DNA of 64,000 nt from the human T2T-CHM13v2.0 reference genome, Homo sapiens. Each line of letters opens with the position of its first letter. The first letter of the stretch is position 1. Where the stretch lies: contig CP068257.2 of assembly GCA_009914755.4 (NCBI GenBank), positions 34,560,001 to 34,624,000 of the forward strand, given 5' to 3'. The position numbers and the translations under genes are program-made. Under the pieces are notes generated by a model. The model was not told the DNA's origin, searched no databases, and worked only from the letters and a program-made list of their open reading frames with translations. Shown here in pieces: positions 37,936 through 59,309 of the stretch.

Positions 37936-38254
37936 TTTTGCACAATAATTTGAACATTTTTTGTTAGGAAAATACCTTTGAGCTCCTATAGTGTCTACAG
38001 AACATGTGGTATTTCCTTTTTAAGCCTATTTTTTCAATGTCATACTTAAAATGAGCTTTGGTTTGATTTTCAATTAAGTAGGGGACCCCGTCCATCTTTT
38101 TGCCTTGGGATCCTGGGCAAGCCACTTCTTTTCACTGTGGAGAGTAAAAACATTTTCACTGTAAAATGAAGAGGGTTGAACTAGACTCTGGTCACCAAAG
38201 GCTCCCTTCTTAGATACTATGGTCCTATGAGCATAGGTTGAGAAAAGTGACCTT

Positions 38255-38304
38255 CTCTCACTATTTATTTATTTATGAATGAATGAATGAACGAATGAAT
38301 GAAT
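38255..38304. repeat. (TTTA)n/(GAAT)n tetranucleotide microsatellite
   Basis: tatttatttatttatgaatgaatgaatgaacgaatgaatgaatgg. Confidence 0.9.
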
Positions 38305-38588
38305 GGCAGAGTCTCGCTCTGTTGCCCAGGCTGGAGTGCAGTGGCGCAATCTCGGCTCACTAAAACCTCTGTCTCCTGGGTTCGAACAATTAATTCTCCT
38401 GCCTCAGCTTCCCCAGTAGCTGGGATTACAGGCATGTGCCACCATGCCTGGCTAATTTTTGTATTTTCAGTAGAGACAGGGTTTCATCATCTTGGCTAAG
38501 CTGGTCTCAAACTCCTGACCTCAAGTGATCCACCTGCCTCGGCCTCCCAAAGTGCTGGGATTACAGGTGTGAGCCACTGCACCTGGCC
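38304..38588 (-). mobile_element. Alu SINE (antisense, no poly-T; abuts the (GAAT)n repeat)
   Basis: cagagtctcgctctgttgcccaggctggagtgcagtggcgcaatctcggctcactaaaacc...gtgtgagccactgcacctggcc. Confidence 0.9.
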
Positions 38589-38618
38589 CTCTCCCTCACT
38601 TTAAAAAGAAATTTGCGA

Positions 38619-39225
<607 letters not shown>

Positions 39226-39349
39226 TCACTTTAAGGTCTGCATCTGCTTATGTGAGCCCTATACCAGGGAAAAGATCCCCATGTCTTCCATAGGATTGCA
39301 AGCCTAAGAATGTCATTTCAGTGCTCCAGGTGTACCTACCTCCTGGTAG

Positions 39350-39682
<333 letters not shown>

Positions 39683-40696
39683 GAGCTGAGGGCATTAGTG
39701 AAGTGGCCTCTCTCTGGCCTTGGGATGGAGGCCCTTCGCTTATCCATTCAAAAGCACAGAGCATCTGCCATGTGGCAGGGATGGTGCCAGCTCTAGGGGG
39801 ACAAAAGGGGAGCAGCTTCTCATGAAGTTAGAGGGAAGGGGAGACTCCATGTTCCTGGAGTGTTTTTACTGTTCATTAATAATAACCATGGCTGACATTT
39901 TTTGAGCAATTATTTTGTGCCAAGTGATTTACATACATCCTTTTATATCTGTCTGCACACACACCTCTGTCCCTCCAACAACCCCAAGGTAGGTTCTCCC
40001 ACTATGCCTGTTTTACAAATGGAAAGACTAAGGTTGGGTGGGAGTAGGTAATTTGCCCAGGGCCAGTCAGGAGCCTAAGCTGGGTTTGTCAGCACCCCCC
40101 GATGCTTGCCTGATTGCACTCAGAGAAGTCCTACCCGAGATGTTTGCCTCTGTCACCAGGTGAACTTTATTCCAAGAGTTGTGCAGCTCTCGTCATTCTT
40201 AACGAAAGTCCAAGTATGAAGCTTTTGTTCTTCCAGGCTCTGCCCATGATGTGCTGCCTCAGGGTGTCTGCACTTTGTTCAGATTCCTCTTCCCATCTGC
40301 CCGCTCCCACCTTAAACCAAATAGATTTTCCTGCTAGTGTAGAGTAACTGCAGCTCTGAAAAATCATGATTTAGTCCAAAAAGTGGAACACTTATATAAA
40401 TGTATTGGGAGCTTGCTGTGTAACTTCAGGGAAGTATTAAAAGAAGAAAATATAACTTAGCATTCTGGAGATGTGTGTTTTATGTCAAAGCCATGCACCT
40501 TGGTGAGCCAAGTAAACGTTGCTGCTAACTTGGCTCCAGGTCGTATTTTCTGGAAGCAAATGAATATCACGCTCCTGCCCAATCATAACAGTCACTTAAT
40601 TTACTCTTTCCAATTTTTTAGCTGTCTGCAAGAAATCACACTCAGGAGGCAAAGGAGGTGATTATACAGAACTAGAAGGCACAGGACGGCCATTCA

Positions 40697-41134
<438 letters not shown>

Positions 41135-41574
41135 TTAAAAAAAATACACAGGAAACTTAGCATGAAAATAATTCTCTCAGAGGCACATCTTTTGGTTTTG
41201 TGAAAAGAAGTGTAAAAGATTGGATTAATCTGCTTTTTTGCCAGTGTTGACAGAGCTTTCATTTTCTCTGAATTGATTGTGTGTTTCTGCCTTTGGATAC
41301 ATGGGTAAGAAGTCAGGCCCTCAGCTGCCTGAGGGTTGCGGTTTGCGGAGCAGCAATGCCCTGCCCATCCCCTGCCTGGTTGCAGGGAAGCTTCTCTAAC
41401 ATGCAGCTGGTCCAGTTCTTTTGTGCCATCTTTCTCAGCGTTTCAGGATAGCCATCATTTCTTTTGTGTTGCTCCAGCTCATGACTAAAGGAATTGAAGA
41501 AGTTGCCCTGCTCTCTGGATATTTCTGTTGAGTAACGTCCCTGGCCAGCAGTTTATGCACACTTAACACACGTA

Positions 41575-41780
41575 GTCTGCGCTCTGCCTCTATCTAGCAG
41601 AATCTGCTTTGGGCAAGTTACTTAACCTCTCTGTGCTTCCATCTCCTTATGTGTAATCAGCAGTACAGGATCTGTCTGCATGGCTGTTACGAGGGTTTAA
41701 TACGTTAATAGATGTAAAACGCGTAGAAGGGTGTCTGGCACACAGGAAGTTCTACAAAAATGTTGGCTATTTTCATGAAT
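41575..41780. mobile_element. MIR SINE (3' part); ends about 180 bp upstream of the exon
   Basis: tttgggcaagttacttaacctctctgtgcttccatctccttatgtgtaatcagcagtacagg...acgagggtttaatacgttaatagatgtaaaacgcgtagaagggtgtctggcacacaggaagttctacaaaaatgttggctatttt vs MIR ggcaagttacttaacctctctgagcctcagtttcctcatctgtaaaatgggg...gtaaagcgcttagcacagtgcctggcacatagtaagcgctcaataaatg. Confidence 0.7.
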
Positions 41781-41957
41781 GTTGTTTCCCCAGCTAAAGT
41801 TGTCACCAGTAAAGTTAAGTTTCTGTATATTTTAGACTATATAAAATGTCTGTCTGCACAGGTTTACTGTATATATGTCTTATGTATATACATATGTCAC
41901 TTACTGATTTAAAGGGGATTGTTAATCTGTCTCTGACCATCTTCCTTCTAATTACAG

Positions 41958-42078
41958 GGCCTCAAGTGGTTGGGAATTTGTTTCTCGAAGTCATCAGGGC
42001 CTTTTATTCTTACTGCAGAGATGCCCTTGGCTCTGATCTTAAACTTAGCTACACCCAGAGTGGAAATTCGCTGATAAG
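41958..42078 (+). CDS. DOP1B: DOP1B-like coding exon (121 nt); phase 1 to 2
   Basis: Acceptor ccatcttccttctaattacag|g, donor gctgataag|gtatggg. Translation (G)[39 protein letters not shown](S). Confidence 0.85.
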
Positions 42079-43104
42079 GTATGGGTTTGGCCTTGAACCT
42101 CACGCATCTCTCTCCCTCCCCGGTACTGTGATTTTTTTTTTCCTCTCTTGCTTACTATAAATTGTGAAGTGGTAGAGAAAGCAGAGATGCAGCAGGTGAG
42201 ACCATTGGTGAAAATAATCAATGCGTTGAAGTCAGTCCATGGGAATTGACTGTTCCCTACTGAGTACGGTGAAGAGTTTAAAGGGAGTTTGATATAGTCT
42301 TTCCCCCAGCCTGGGATGGACAGGTATTTATTGATTTTTTGATCAAGTATGAAACAATGAAATGTATGTATTGATCAAGTATGAAACTCGTTTAACAAAG
42401 GCAGCTTGATCTAGTATACCCAAGTGGTGAGTTACAGGGCAGAGAGAACAGAGAAAATGGAGGGGAGGGCACCTGGCAAGTGGAAAGGGGATGTGAGTCT
42501 TCAGGACAGGAGTCCAGGGGGTGTTGGGGGAGATTGGGGGAGACCCAGGCAGGGCACCGGAGAGCACAGGCTCCATTCCCCCAGAGGCAGAGTGAGTGGT
42601 GTTTGGAAGACAGCGGGCACATTGGCCTCACGTGCGCAGTTACACACAAACCCTGTTTTGTTTGTTTATTTTGTTCCTTTTAAGGGAATACAACTTTTTC
42701 CTTTTTGCTTTACTCTTAATGTAATTTCCTTCTGCCTGAACTAGCATTGGGTACATTGAAAATTTAAATCAATGTTAATATTTTTCTGGTTTGTTAGTTG
42801 TAAGTGTACTAAGAGTTCTTAGTGTTTGCTTTTTTCTCCCAGAATGAAAGCGGTTTATTGTTTTTCTGAGTATGAAAGTAATACATGCTCATTGTTGCAT
42901 TTACTGATATTTGAAAGATCAAGAAAAAAGGTGTCACACGTAATCCTAGCACTCTTCAGAGAAAACCATAAAACATTTTTACTTCTTTCTAGATTTCTAC
43001 TACATACATAAATACATAGATGCCTGTCTTTTATTTTAAAGGTAGAATTACACCAGTTATTTAGTTGCTTGGGGTTTTCTTTTTGTTTTCTTGTTGGTTT
43101 GTTT

Positions 43105-43390
<286 letters not shown>

Positions 43391-43419
43391 CTCTCTGGAG
43401 TGTCACTCTCCAGCATGAC

Positions 43420-43698
43420 AAGGTCTCACTCTGTCTCCCAGGCTAGAGCACAGTGGCACCATCAATGGTCACTGCAGCCTTGAACTCCTGGGATCAAGTG
43501 ATCCTCACACCTCAGCTTCCCAAGTAGCTACGACTATAGGCACACACAACCACACCTGGCTAATTTTTAATTTTTCTGTAGAGACAAGGTCTTGCTATGT
43601 TGCACAGGCTGGTCTTGAATTCCTGGCCTCAAGCAGTCCTCCTGCCTCAGCCTCCCAAACTGCTGGGACTACAGGTGTGAGCCACTGTGCCCGGCCAC
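43420..43698 (-). mobile_element. Alu SINE (antisense, older AluJ-like)
   Basis: caaggtctcactctgtctcccaggctagagcacagtggcaccatcaatggtcactgcagcc...gtgtgagccactgtgcccggcc. Confidence 0.85.
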
Positions 43699-43795
43699 TG
43701 CTTGTTTTTTAAAATGCAAGTTGTGAGTAGCTCTACACTATTCTCCTATGGGATTAGTTGCCTTAGATATTTGTTAAGGATTTATCATTTATTTA

Positions 43796-44757
<962 letters not shown>

Positions 44758-44882
44758 TTTTTCAGTATTTTTTAATGGCCATTTAGTGGTACACTTCTGC
44801 ACACATCTATGTAGCTGTGCAGGGATTTCGGTAGGATAAATTTCTTGAATAAATTTCCTGAGCCATAGAAGATAAAATTTAA

Positions 44883-45183
<301 letters not shown>

Positions 45184-45271
45184 AGATAAACATTTAAAAT
45201 CTTGGCTGAATTTCCCTGCTGAATATCCATGTACCATGTTATTCCACCAGTAGAGTATGGACTAAAACTGA

Positions 45272-45596
<325 letters not shown>

Positions 45597-45816
45597 CTGA
45601 AATTTATTTTTAAGAGACTGTATCAATATAAATATTGTTTACGATGGCATTATGCAAACACATTATAAGAACAGTAATATTTTCATTTTTATCAGGGTGT
45701 GTCAGCTTCTCTAGAAATAAGTTGCAGATGGTGAAATCAATTACAGTTTTTTGGACACTTTTTGTAATTCAGGATTTTTTTATAGACATATTTATTCATG
45801 TCCTCCCCTTTTACAG

Positions 45817-45936
45817 TGCAATCAAGGAAAACAGAAATGCCTCTGAGATTGTCAAAACGGTAAATTTGCTGATAACTTCTCTAAGCACAGACTTTCTCTG
45901 GGATTATATGACAAGGTGTTTTGAGGAATGCTTTAG
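45817..45936 (+). CDS. DOP1B: DOP1B-like coding exon (120 nt); phase 2 to 2
   Basis: Acceptor tcatgtcctccccttttacag|t, donor gaatgctttag|gtaagta. Translation (S)[39 protein letters not shown](R). The upstream in-frame ORF text in the track (MFTMALCKH...) is intronic. Confidence 0.85.
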
Positions 45937-46754
45937 GTAAGTATGCAGTTCAAGAATGCAGAATATTTAGGAAGGATGAGAGGGTTTAATAATTTTGTAG
46001 CTGCTTAGAATATCAGATTATATATAAGTAGCTGAAGCTGAGTAGTCTTTCCTGAGTTTTAAAATTCAACTAAAACAGGATTGGAAAGAATTCACTTAAG
46101 ATTCTAGCAGAATAAAAACATCTCCAATAAGAAGGTTCACATAATCTTTGCCATGTAATTCTGAAGCTGCTTTAAAAGTCTAACTTTAGAAAATCCTCAG
46201 CGCATTTTCTGGTTACATTCATCAAATCAGCTTTCCTCTCCTGGCTGCCCGATCTATTGAAAGCAGCTTAGTTTTGTGGCTTTGTGACTGGATAGAGTGT
46301 TTTTGAAACTCTTGCTGAAATGAATGTAACTGGTCAGATAAAAGCATTAATGTTTTAAGCTACTATAATCAGCTTTACCATCTCTTTTAACCGGGTGAAT
46401 TGCACCACCCCTAAATTGTTTGCAGTGGCGTACCCCAGGAATACCGAGCTTTCCTGGAGAGCCCTTTCCCATGCCATTTTCTTTACGGGAGGAATAAGGT
46501 CATGTCTCAAACCCTGTTTTGTCCTGAGGCATGCTGTAAAACTTATTTCTTGTTCATCTCCACTGTAATGCTCTTGGCTGTTTCAGAGTCTTACTTCTCA
46601 GCTGCTACCACTACACTTTTCTGCCCAAATAAGCTCACAACCCTGGGAAAAATAAGTTAATTGCAATTGGATCCACAGGCAACAGCAAGGCCATATTATA
46701 TTGAGGTTAGAGTATGCTTTGGTCAGCCTGGTTGTTATGTTATTTTTTATTTTA

Positions 46755-47066
<312 letters not shown>

Positions 47067-47759
47067 TCCTGGTTATTAAAAAAAAAAAAAGAATAAAATG
47101 TTTCTACCCAGATAGAGCTGACTCTCCATCTTTGCAACATTTTGTCCTCTTTTCATCCCAGAGTTAATCCCTGTCCTGAGATTAATGTCTGTCTTCAGTG
47201 TAACATGGCTTTGCTGTTGCCTGTGGATCCTATTACAGTTAATTTATTCATCCCAGGGTTATGAGATGAAAAGCAATAGATACTTTTTAACTTACCCATT
47301 TATCTAGTAGCCTGTTTATTTTAAAAGAAGTCTTGAATTTCAGTATAAGATAAGCAACTAACAATAGTTGATTGGTGGGGTTACACTTCTCTACAGAAGC
47401 TGAAACTTTCTAGGCAACTCAGGTGCTGATAAACTCCTGGAATTACTTGGAGAGGAGTAGTCCCAGGCCACTCCTACAGCAGGGTGAACAGCCATGTGGA
47501 CTGTGGTGTTCTCCAGCCCAGCCTCGTTCCCTTGGATCGTGCTTTTGGGCTTGGACTGGGGACTTGGGATTACATCTGTCGATGGTACTCCAGGTCTCCT
47601 GGGAGACACCTGAATTGGTAGAGTTCAAGTCAGAGGGAATCTGTTTGGACACCAACAGATTCAGGACACTTATTGACACTTCTACATGTTAGATACTTTT
47701 AGTCACCAAAATTTAGTTATGAGAACTACAAAAGCTGCCTTCCATTATGTTTGAAGTAG

Positions 47760-48117
<358 letters not shown>

Positions 48118-48150
48118 AAGAATGGATTTTTTCTTTGCTGTGATTTATAG

Positions 48151-48253
48151 ACCAGTGAAGCAGCGTTACAGCGTGAGGAACAGCGTCAGCCCTCCCCCCA
48201 CGGTCTCGGAGCTCTGCGCCCTCCTGGTCTTCCTGCTGGATGTCATTCCTTTG
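48151..48253 (+). CDS. DOP1B: DOP1B-like coding exon (103 nt); phase 2 to 0
   Basis: Acceptor ttctttgctgtgatttatag|a, donor cattcctttg|gtgagtg. Translation (R)[34 protein letters not shown]. Confidence 0.85.
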
Positions 48254-48725
48254 GTGAGTGCTGGGGAAGGGACATCTCAACGCCTGCTATTATTTACATT
48301 CTTACTGGTGGTGATGGCCTGCTTTATCAACCTCACATTACTGAAAATGTTTTACATAAATATGCAACACTGTTTTGATGTTTGTTTTGGCATAAAAGAT
48401 ATAGCTGGATGTAATCTCTTAAATTTTTAATGTCTTATTTAAAAGGGGCTATAACTTTTGGGCCAGTTGTAAGTGGGCAAAGCTGAAGTTAGGTCAACCA
48501 GCTGAAGAACTGGGTATCATTCCCGTACTACAGTTACTTTAGGGAAAGAGTCAATACATTTCCTAGTTAAAATTGTGCTGTTGGCTAATTTTCTCAAAGG
48601 AAACTAATTTCCTTAATGTAGAAACGTGCCAATTTTATTTTTTATTAGAAAGTGTAAAGCCACTTGCAAGGAGAGGAGTAACATCCTTGATTTGTCTAGA
48701 TCAAATTGAAATACCGAGCCTAGCT

Positions 48726-48845
48726 CTGTGGTATGCGCTCGTAATTCCCAGCTACTCAGGAGGCTGAGATTGGAGCATTGCTTGAGCCCAGGAATTTGAG
48801 ACCAGCCTGGACAGCATAACATGATCCAGTCTCAAACAAAAACAA
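48726..48845 (+). mobile_element. Alu right-arm/FLAM-like fragment
   Basis: ctgtggtatgcgctcgtaattcccagctactcaggaggctgagattggagcattgcttgagcccaggaatttgagaccagcctggacagcataacatgatccagtctc. Confidence 0.7.
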
Positions 48846-48848
48846 TAG

Positions 48849-49501
<653 letters not shown>

Positions 49502-49514
49502 TGAAAATTAATAT

Positions 49515-50192
<678 letters not shown>

Positions 50193-50271
50193 TTAGATGC
50201 CATTTTGAGATGCATTGTTTTTCTGATTGTGAACCAACATTGTGGGGTTAACCTACACGTTTATTTCACAG

Positions 50272-50463
50272 GAACTTTACTCTGAGGTGCAAACCCAGTA
50301 TCTCCCTCAGGTGCTCGGCTGCCTGGTGCAGCCTCTTGCTGAGGACATGGAGGCCTTAAGTTTACCTGAACTCACGCATGCCTTGAAGACGTGTTTCAAG
50401 GTGCTCAGCAAAGTCCAGATGCCTCCTTCCTACCTCGACACGGAGTCCACCAGCGGAACCTCG
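50272..50463 (+). CDS. DOP1B: DOP1B-like coding exon (192 nt); phase 0 to 0
   Basis: Acceptor acctacacgtttatttcacag|g, donor ggaacctcg|gtgtgta. Translation [64 protein letters not shown]. Confidence 0.88.
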
Positions 50464-50629
50464 GTGTGTACTCTGAGGGGCAGAAATGGTTCTGGGGGCT
50501 AAAAGCAGCTTATGCCTTCCTGGGAGTAGAAAGTCTTTAGGGTTGGTTAGGATAGGAATAAAGATGAGAAGATACCCAGGTGATATGTCAAATATGCTTG
50601 TAAAACCCTCACTTTAAAAGGTTTTAGCA

Positions 50630-51550
<921 letters not shown>

Positions 51551-51759
51551 ATTTTTAAGTTTAGCACCCTTTGTTTCACCCATTCTCATGCTACTTGCCT
51601 GCTCTGTAACTGCAGTTAATGGTTAGATACAGTTAATAACTATGTAACTACAGTTAATGGGCTAGTTATAACTAGCCCTGCACTGTTTTATGTGTGTGTT
51701 TGTGGCATGTGATTTTGGTTATTTCGAATATAAGCGAGATGAGGTACTGGATTAGTTTG

Positions 51760-52707
<948 letters not shown>

Positions 52708-53021
52708 GAAACAATTCTTAAACAACTTTTTTGAACTCTAAAGGGGTTATATATTTAGACAAAAACACAAGAAAAATAGGCCCAAAAGCCAGCCTCCCCA
52801 GAGAGCATGTGGGTGTACCAGCCTCCTCTTTGCTACCCACCGCTCTCCTTCTCCTGCTTTGGGTGCCTCCTAAATTTCATTATACACTTAACACAGGGAT
52901 TCTCTAGTCTGGAGAGTGATGATTTTGAAAAACAGAATTGAAATACATTCATGATTTCAACTGATACTTAAATAGCTTGGTGTTAAGAGATGCACAATTC
53001 ACATCTTTTTATTTTTTACAG

Positions 53022-53706
53022 AGTCCAGTAAAAGGTGAAAACGGCAAAATAATTTTGGAAACAAAGGCAGTGATTCCCGGTGACGAAGATGCTTCGTTTC
53101 CCCCTCTGAAGTCTGAGGACAGTGGGATCGGGCTCAGTGCCTCGTCACCGGAGCTCTCTGAGCACTTGAGGGTTCCTCGAGTTTCTCTGGAAAGGGACGA
53201 CGTTTGGAAGAAGGGCGGGAGCATGCAGAGGACGTTTCTTTGCATCCAAGAGCTAATCGCCAACTTTGCCAGCAAGAACATTTTTGGAGTACAGCTGACA
53301 GCGTCAGGAGAAGAAAGCAAGTCCGAGGAGCCTGCAGGGAAGAGGGACAGGGATGGGACGCAGAGCCTGGCAGCCAATGATTCCAGCAGGAAGAACTCTT
53401 GGGAGCCCAAGCCCATCACTGTGCCTCAGTTCAAGCAGATGCTGTCAGACTTGTTCACAGCACGAGGGTCTCCATTCAAGACAAAAAGTTCAGAGTCACC
53501 ATCGTCTTCGCCCAGCAGCCCTGCCAGGAAAAACGGGGGAGAATGGGATGTTGAGAAGGTGGTCATTGACCTGGGGGGTTCCAGGGAGGAACGCAGGGAG
53601 GCCTTTGCCGCCGCCTGCCACCTGCTGCTGGATTGTGCCACTTTCCCTGTCTACCTGTCCGAGGAAGAGACCGAGCAGCTCTGTGCAACGCTCTTCCAGC
53701 TGCCAG
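53022..53706 (+). CDS. DOP1B: DOP1B-like large coding exon (685 nt, 228 codons); Ser/Glu-rich low-complexity linker region; phase 0 to 1
   Basis: Acceptor atctttttattttttacag|a, donor cagctgccag|gtgagag. Translation [228 protein letters not shown](G). Confidence 0.9.
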
Positions 53707-54212
53707 GTGAGAGGCAGCCCTGCCGAAGTCCCTCTTTGGGAATCATACGATGAGGCGATTGACGTGGGTGGAATATCCCCTATCCACAATGCTAGGGACC
53801 AAATGTATTTTGGATTTCGGACTTTTTTCAGATTTTTGGAATATTTGCCTTACACTTACCGATTCAGCATTCCTAATCCAGAAATCCAAAATCCAAGAGC
53901 TCCAGTGACTGTTTCCTTCGAGCATCATGTCAGTGCTAATAAGGTTTCAGGTTTTGGATTTGGAATTTTCAGATTAGAGATTCTCAACCTATATTTAAAG
54001 ACTAGCTCAAATTGTGTAAGCCAAGAAGGTGCTATTGGCCTCATTTGTTCCCTTCCTCATTTGTAATTAGTACATTTTTGACTTGTGTCTCACCACATGG
54101 CAAAGTGGTAAGGGTGGGGCCTATGTTTTTAAACCCTGGGTGTCCAGCACAGCCCATCAGAAGACCTAGAACATGAGTGGCATTCAGTGATAGTAAATAG
54201 ACTATTTCATGA

Positions 54213-55245
<1,033 letters not shown>

Positions 55246-55376
55246 TTAGCGCACTGCTGTCCAGGTGGATTTCTCAGGTAACTTCCCAGATCTAGGGTGC
55301 TGTAGAATCTGCAGACTGGGGACCCATTCTCACGTGGTTCTGCTTGTTTCTGCCTCTCCGGCTGGCTTCCTTTCAG

Positions 55377-55648
55377 GAGCCGGTGATTCCAGTTTTCCAT
55401 CTTGGCTGAAGTCCCTCATGACTATTTGCTGCTGTGTGACTGACTGCTACCTCCAGAACGTGGCCATTTCCACTCTGCTGGAAGTGATAAACCATTCCCA
55501 GTCCCTGGCGCTTGTCATTGAAGACAAGATGAAACGCTATAAGAGCTCTGGACACAACCCTTTTTTTGGCAAGCTGCAGATGGTGACGGTTCCTCCCATT
55601 GCTCCAGGGATATTGAAAGTCATTGCAGAGAAAACAGATTTCTATCAG
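55377..55648 (+). CDS. DOP1B: DOP1B-like coding exon (272 nt); phase 1 to 0
   Basis: Acceptor ctctccggctggcttcctttcag|g, donor gatttctatcag|gtatttc. Translation (G)[90 protein letters not shown]. Confidence 0.88.
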
Positions 55649-56288
55649 GTATTTCCCACTGGGAACACTCTTCTTATGGCCTCCTTCTCCCCCTGAGCAA
55701 AACTCAGAACCGTATTGCTGGGGATGGGGGCAGTGGCCCACTTCTCTGAGAGTGATATTCTATAGGGCACTGGGCAGAGGCAGTAGCCTTTGGTCTTCCT
55801 CTCCCAGCATGTAACTTTCACCCTCCAGGAAAGCTACAGTGAGAGCAACTGGGGCCCCAGTATTCTGGGCCTGCCAGGACTGAGTGGAACCCCTGCCTGG
55901 GAGTGGGGTCTGGGTGGAGGCAGGGAGCCCATGACTCCTCCACTGCACTCACCTGGATTTAGCCTCTGCCACATCCAGCAGAGGGGTGGGAAGGTGACGT
56001 GCTGGTGGCCTGCCCCTCCCAGGAGGTGCAAAAGCCCTTGACTGGGAGCTGGGGAAAGAGAGCACCCTTTTGCTTGGCCACATGCACCAGAGTGGATAGT
56101 GACGTTTCCATGGAGCTAAGCTGGGGAAGGAAGGAGATGATGAGCAGGTCATGGCTCAAGTGCCATGACTCTTGCTGCTTTGACCGAAATGTCGTAGGTT
56201 TTCCGGAATAAATGTTTCTTTATTTCCTGAATGTCCTTTGGATAATTTCCAGACTCTAAATGGTTGGTTGTTGTTGGTTTTAAAATAA

Positions 56289-56736
<448 letters not shown>

Positions 56737-57124
56737 TGACTTTTGTACCACATTTCTTCTTCCTGCTAGAGTTGAGTCACATTAGATCTTGAATAGACAG
56801 AACTTGAAACCAGGACTGGAACCGCTATAAGCAGCAGTGATTAAGCAAGTGTCATCTTGGCCCTACATAGATCAGAGATCAGAAAATTTGGCATATTTAC
56901 ACTATATATAGGCACAGGGGAGAAAAAAGAAGAAAGAATTGAGACCATGAATCTTTGGAAAGGTACTCATAGAATAAAAGTGGCAGCATTAAATACATTC
57001 CTTTTATTTTGGGGCAGTGAGGGAAGCTTTTCCAAGTTCTTACTGAAGCCTTGATTTTTACTTTCATTTTCATGTAGTACATATTCAAGTACTTACCATT
57101 TGCCTGGCACTAGAGCATACTTTT

Positions 57125-57408
57125 CTTTTTTTTTTTTCCTTGAGACAGAGTCTTGCTCTGTTGCCCAGGCTGGAGTGCAATGGCATGATCTTGGCCTCTG
57201 CCTCCTGAATTCAAGCGATTCCCCTGCCTCAGCTTCCCTGGTAGCTGGGACTACAGATGTGCGCCCTCACACCTGGCTAATTTTTGTATTTTTAGTAGAG
57301 ACGGGGTTTTACCATATTGGCCACGCTGGTCTCAAACTCCTGACTTCAAGTGATCCTCCCACCTCAGCCTCCCAAAGTGCCTTACAGGCGTGAGCCACCG
57401 CACCCGGC
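57125..57408 (-). mobile_element. Alu SINE (antisense)
   Basis: Poly-T, ccttgagacagagtcttgctctgttgcccaggctggagtgcaatggcatgatcttggcc..., ends gcgtgagccaccgcacccggcc. Confidence 0.9.
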
Positions 57409-58009
57409 CAAGAGCATACTTTTTTTATTGACATGTAATAATTGTATATATATATGGGTACAATTTGATATTCTGACACATTTATACATTGTATGATGAT
57501 CAAATCATGGTAATTAGCATACCCATCACCTTAAGCATTTATCATTTCTTTGTTGTGAAAACATTCAGAACCCTCTCTTCTAGCAATTTGAAATACACAA
57601 TGCATTATTGTTAGCAGTAGTCACCCTACTGTGCAGTAGAGTACCAAGATTTATTCCTTGGAGCACACTTTTATGTACTGTACAGTTCTTGAGAGTTGAG
57701 GACAGCGGCAGCTAGTGCCTGTCCCTGTTGCAGATGCTGGAACTAGAGACACAGCAACCTTACCCATAGCCAGGACGTGCCCCCAATTCTCAGACTCCAG
57801 ACAGGGCTGTTGTCTGATCTTTCAGCCTTTTTTTAATCCTGCGGGAACAGCTCACATACCAGAGTTCCTGCTTCCCACAGTGCAAACAAGAAAAGGTCAG
57901 ATAGCCCAAGGGTGCCCTGACCTTTCTTATCAGGTAGTGTTGGCAGATTTCAGATAACTAAGACAACACCCAGAACAGAGGAGTAGAGTAAGGTTTAAAC
58001 ATGTGAAGG

Positions 58010-58345
<336 letters not shown>

Positions 58346-59309
58346 TCAACTCTCAAAAACCTTGCAAAAAAATTTTTTAAACCTTCCGGAAGGGAGTCTC
58401 TTGCATATATATTTGCCATAGTGACAGCAAGGAAGTCGGGGGGGGGGCGGTCTACGTAGTCAAAAAGTTATATATCAGAATTCAATTGTAATGTGATTGT
58501 TGGAAATCACTTTCCCTTAGAGAAAAAGTAACAAAATAATGGTTAGGAGTTTGAGCCAGTCAGTGGTTAACTTGATCTATGCAGAGAAAGACGGTTTTGT
58601 TGAGTAGAAATAAATGGGCCAAAGAAGTTATTTGATCTAAGTTATGCCTAAAATACTCCAGTCTATGAGATATAAACTTCATATAGTCTATGAAGTATAA
58701 GAATGTCTTTAGAAATTTAGAAATTTCCCTCCCGGAAGTGGGGACCAGCCCTCCTTCTGGGTCTCACCCTTGTTGGGGCAGGCACACTGGCTCCTGCTCC
58801 CTGCCACTTGGCAAGGGGCTGTAGCCCTTTGCAGACCATGCATGTTTAATGAGCTCAGTTCAGGGCTGGGAAGATGGAGGACACGATTTGGGGGTATAAT
58901 AGTGTTTTGAAAGTGAGGCAGGCACCTGCCACAGCGTTGTGCAGGGAAAAGGGAAGAGTCAAGTTAGTGGAATTAAAGCTGGTAGGCGTGGCTCTTTATC
59001 CATGCTGCGTGGTAACCAATTCGAGCAGACCCCAGAGGTGACCAAGTGCTGTGGAGCTGAACCCCAGAATGAGTGATCTTGACAACCACTGTAAATTCAC
59101 CAAACTCCCCAGAGGGTACATCTGTGCATTCCCCAGTGCCTGCTCGGCACCTGCCTGTTGAAAGAATGCTTCAACCCCTTTGGTCCAGTTTCCAGTTAAT
59201 TCTCTTTCTGAAAGTAATGTTGAGGTTGAGGCAAGAGCTGCAGTGTTCTTAGTCGGCCAGAAACCTCCAGGTTTGACCTCCTATAACATTGCCTGCTGCC
59301 CGGATGACT

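Noticed and set aside
53353-54066. 237-aa + strand ORF, and the 136-aa (53009-53419) and 97-aa minus-strand ORFs overlapping the large exon.
   Set aside because: Alternative-frame or antisense readings of the GC/purine-rich 685-nt DOP1B exon, continuing into intron. The in-frame Dopey translation, with splice sites at both ends and phase continuity, is the real one.
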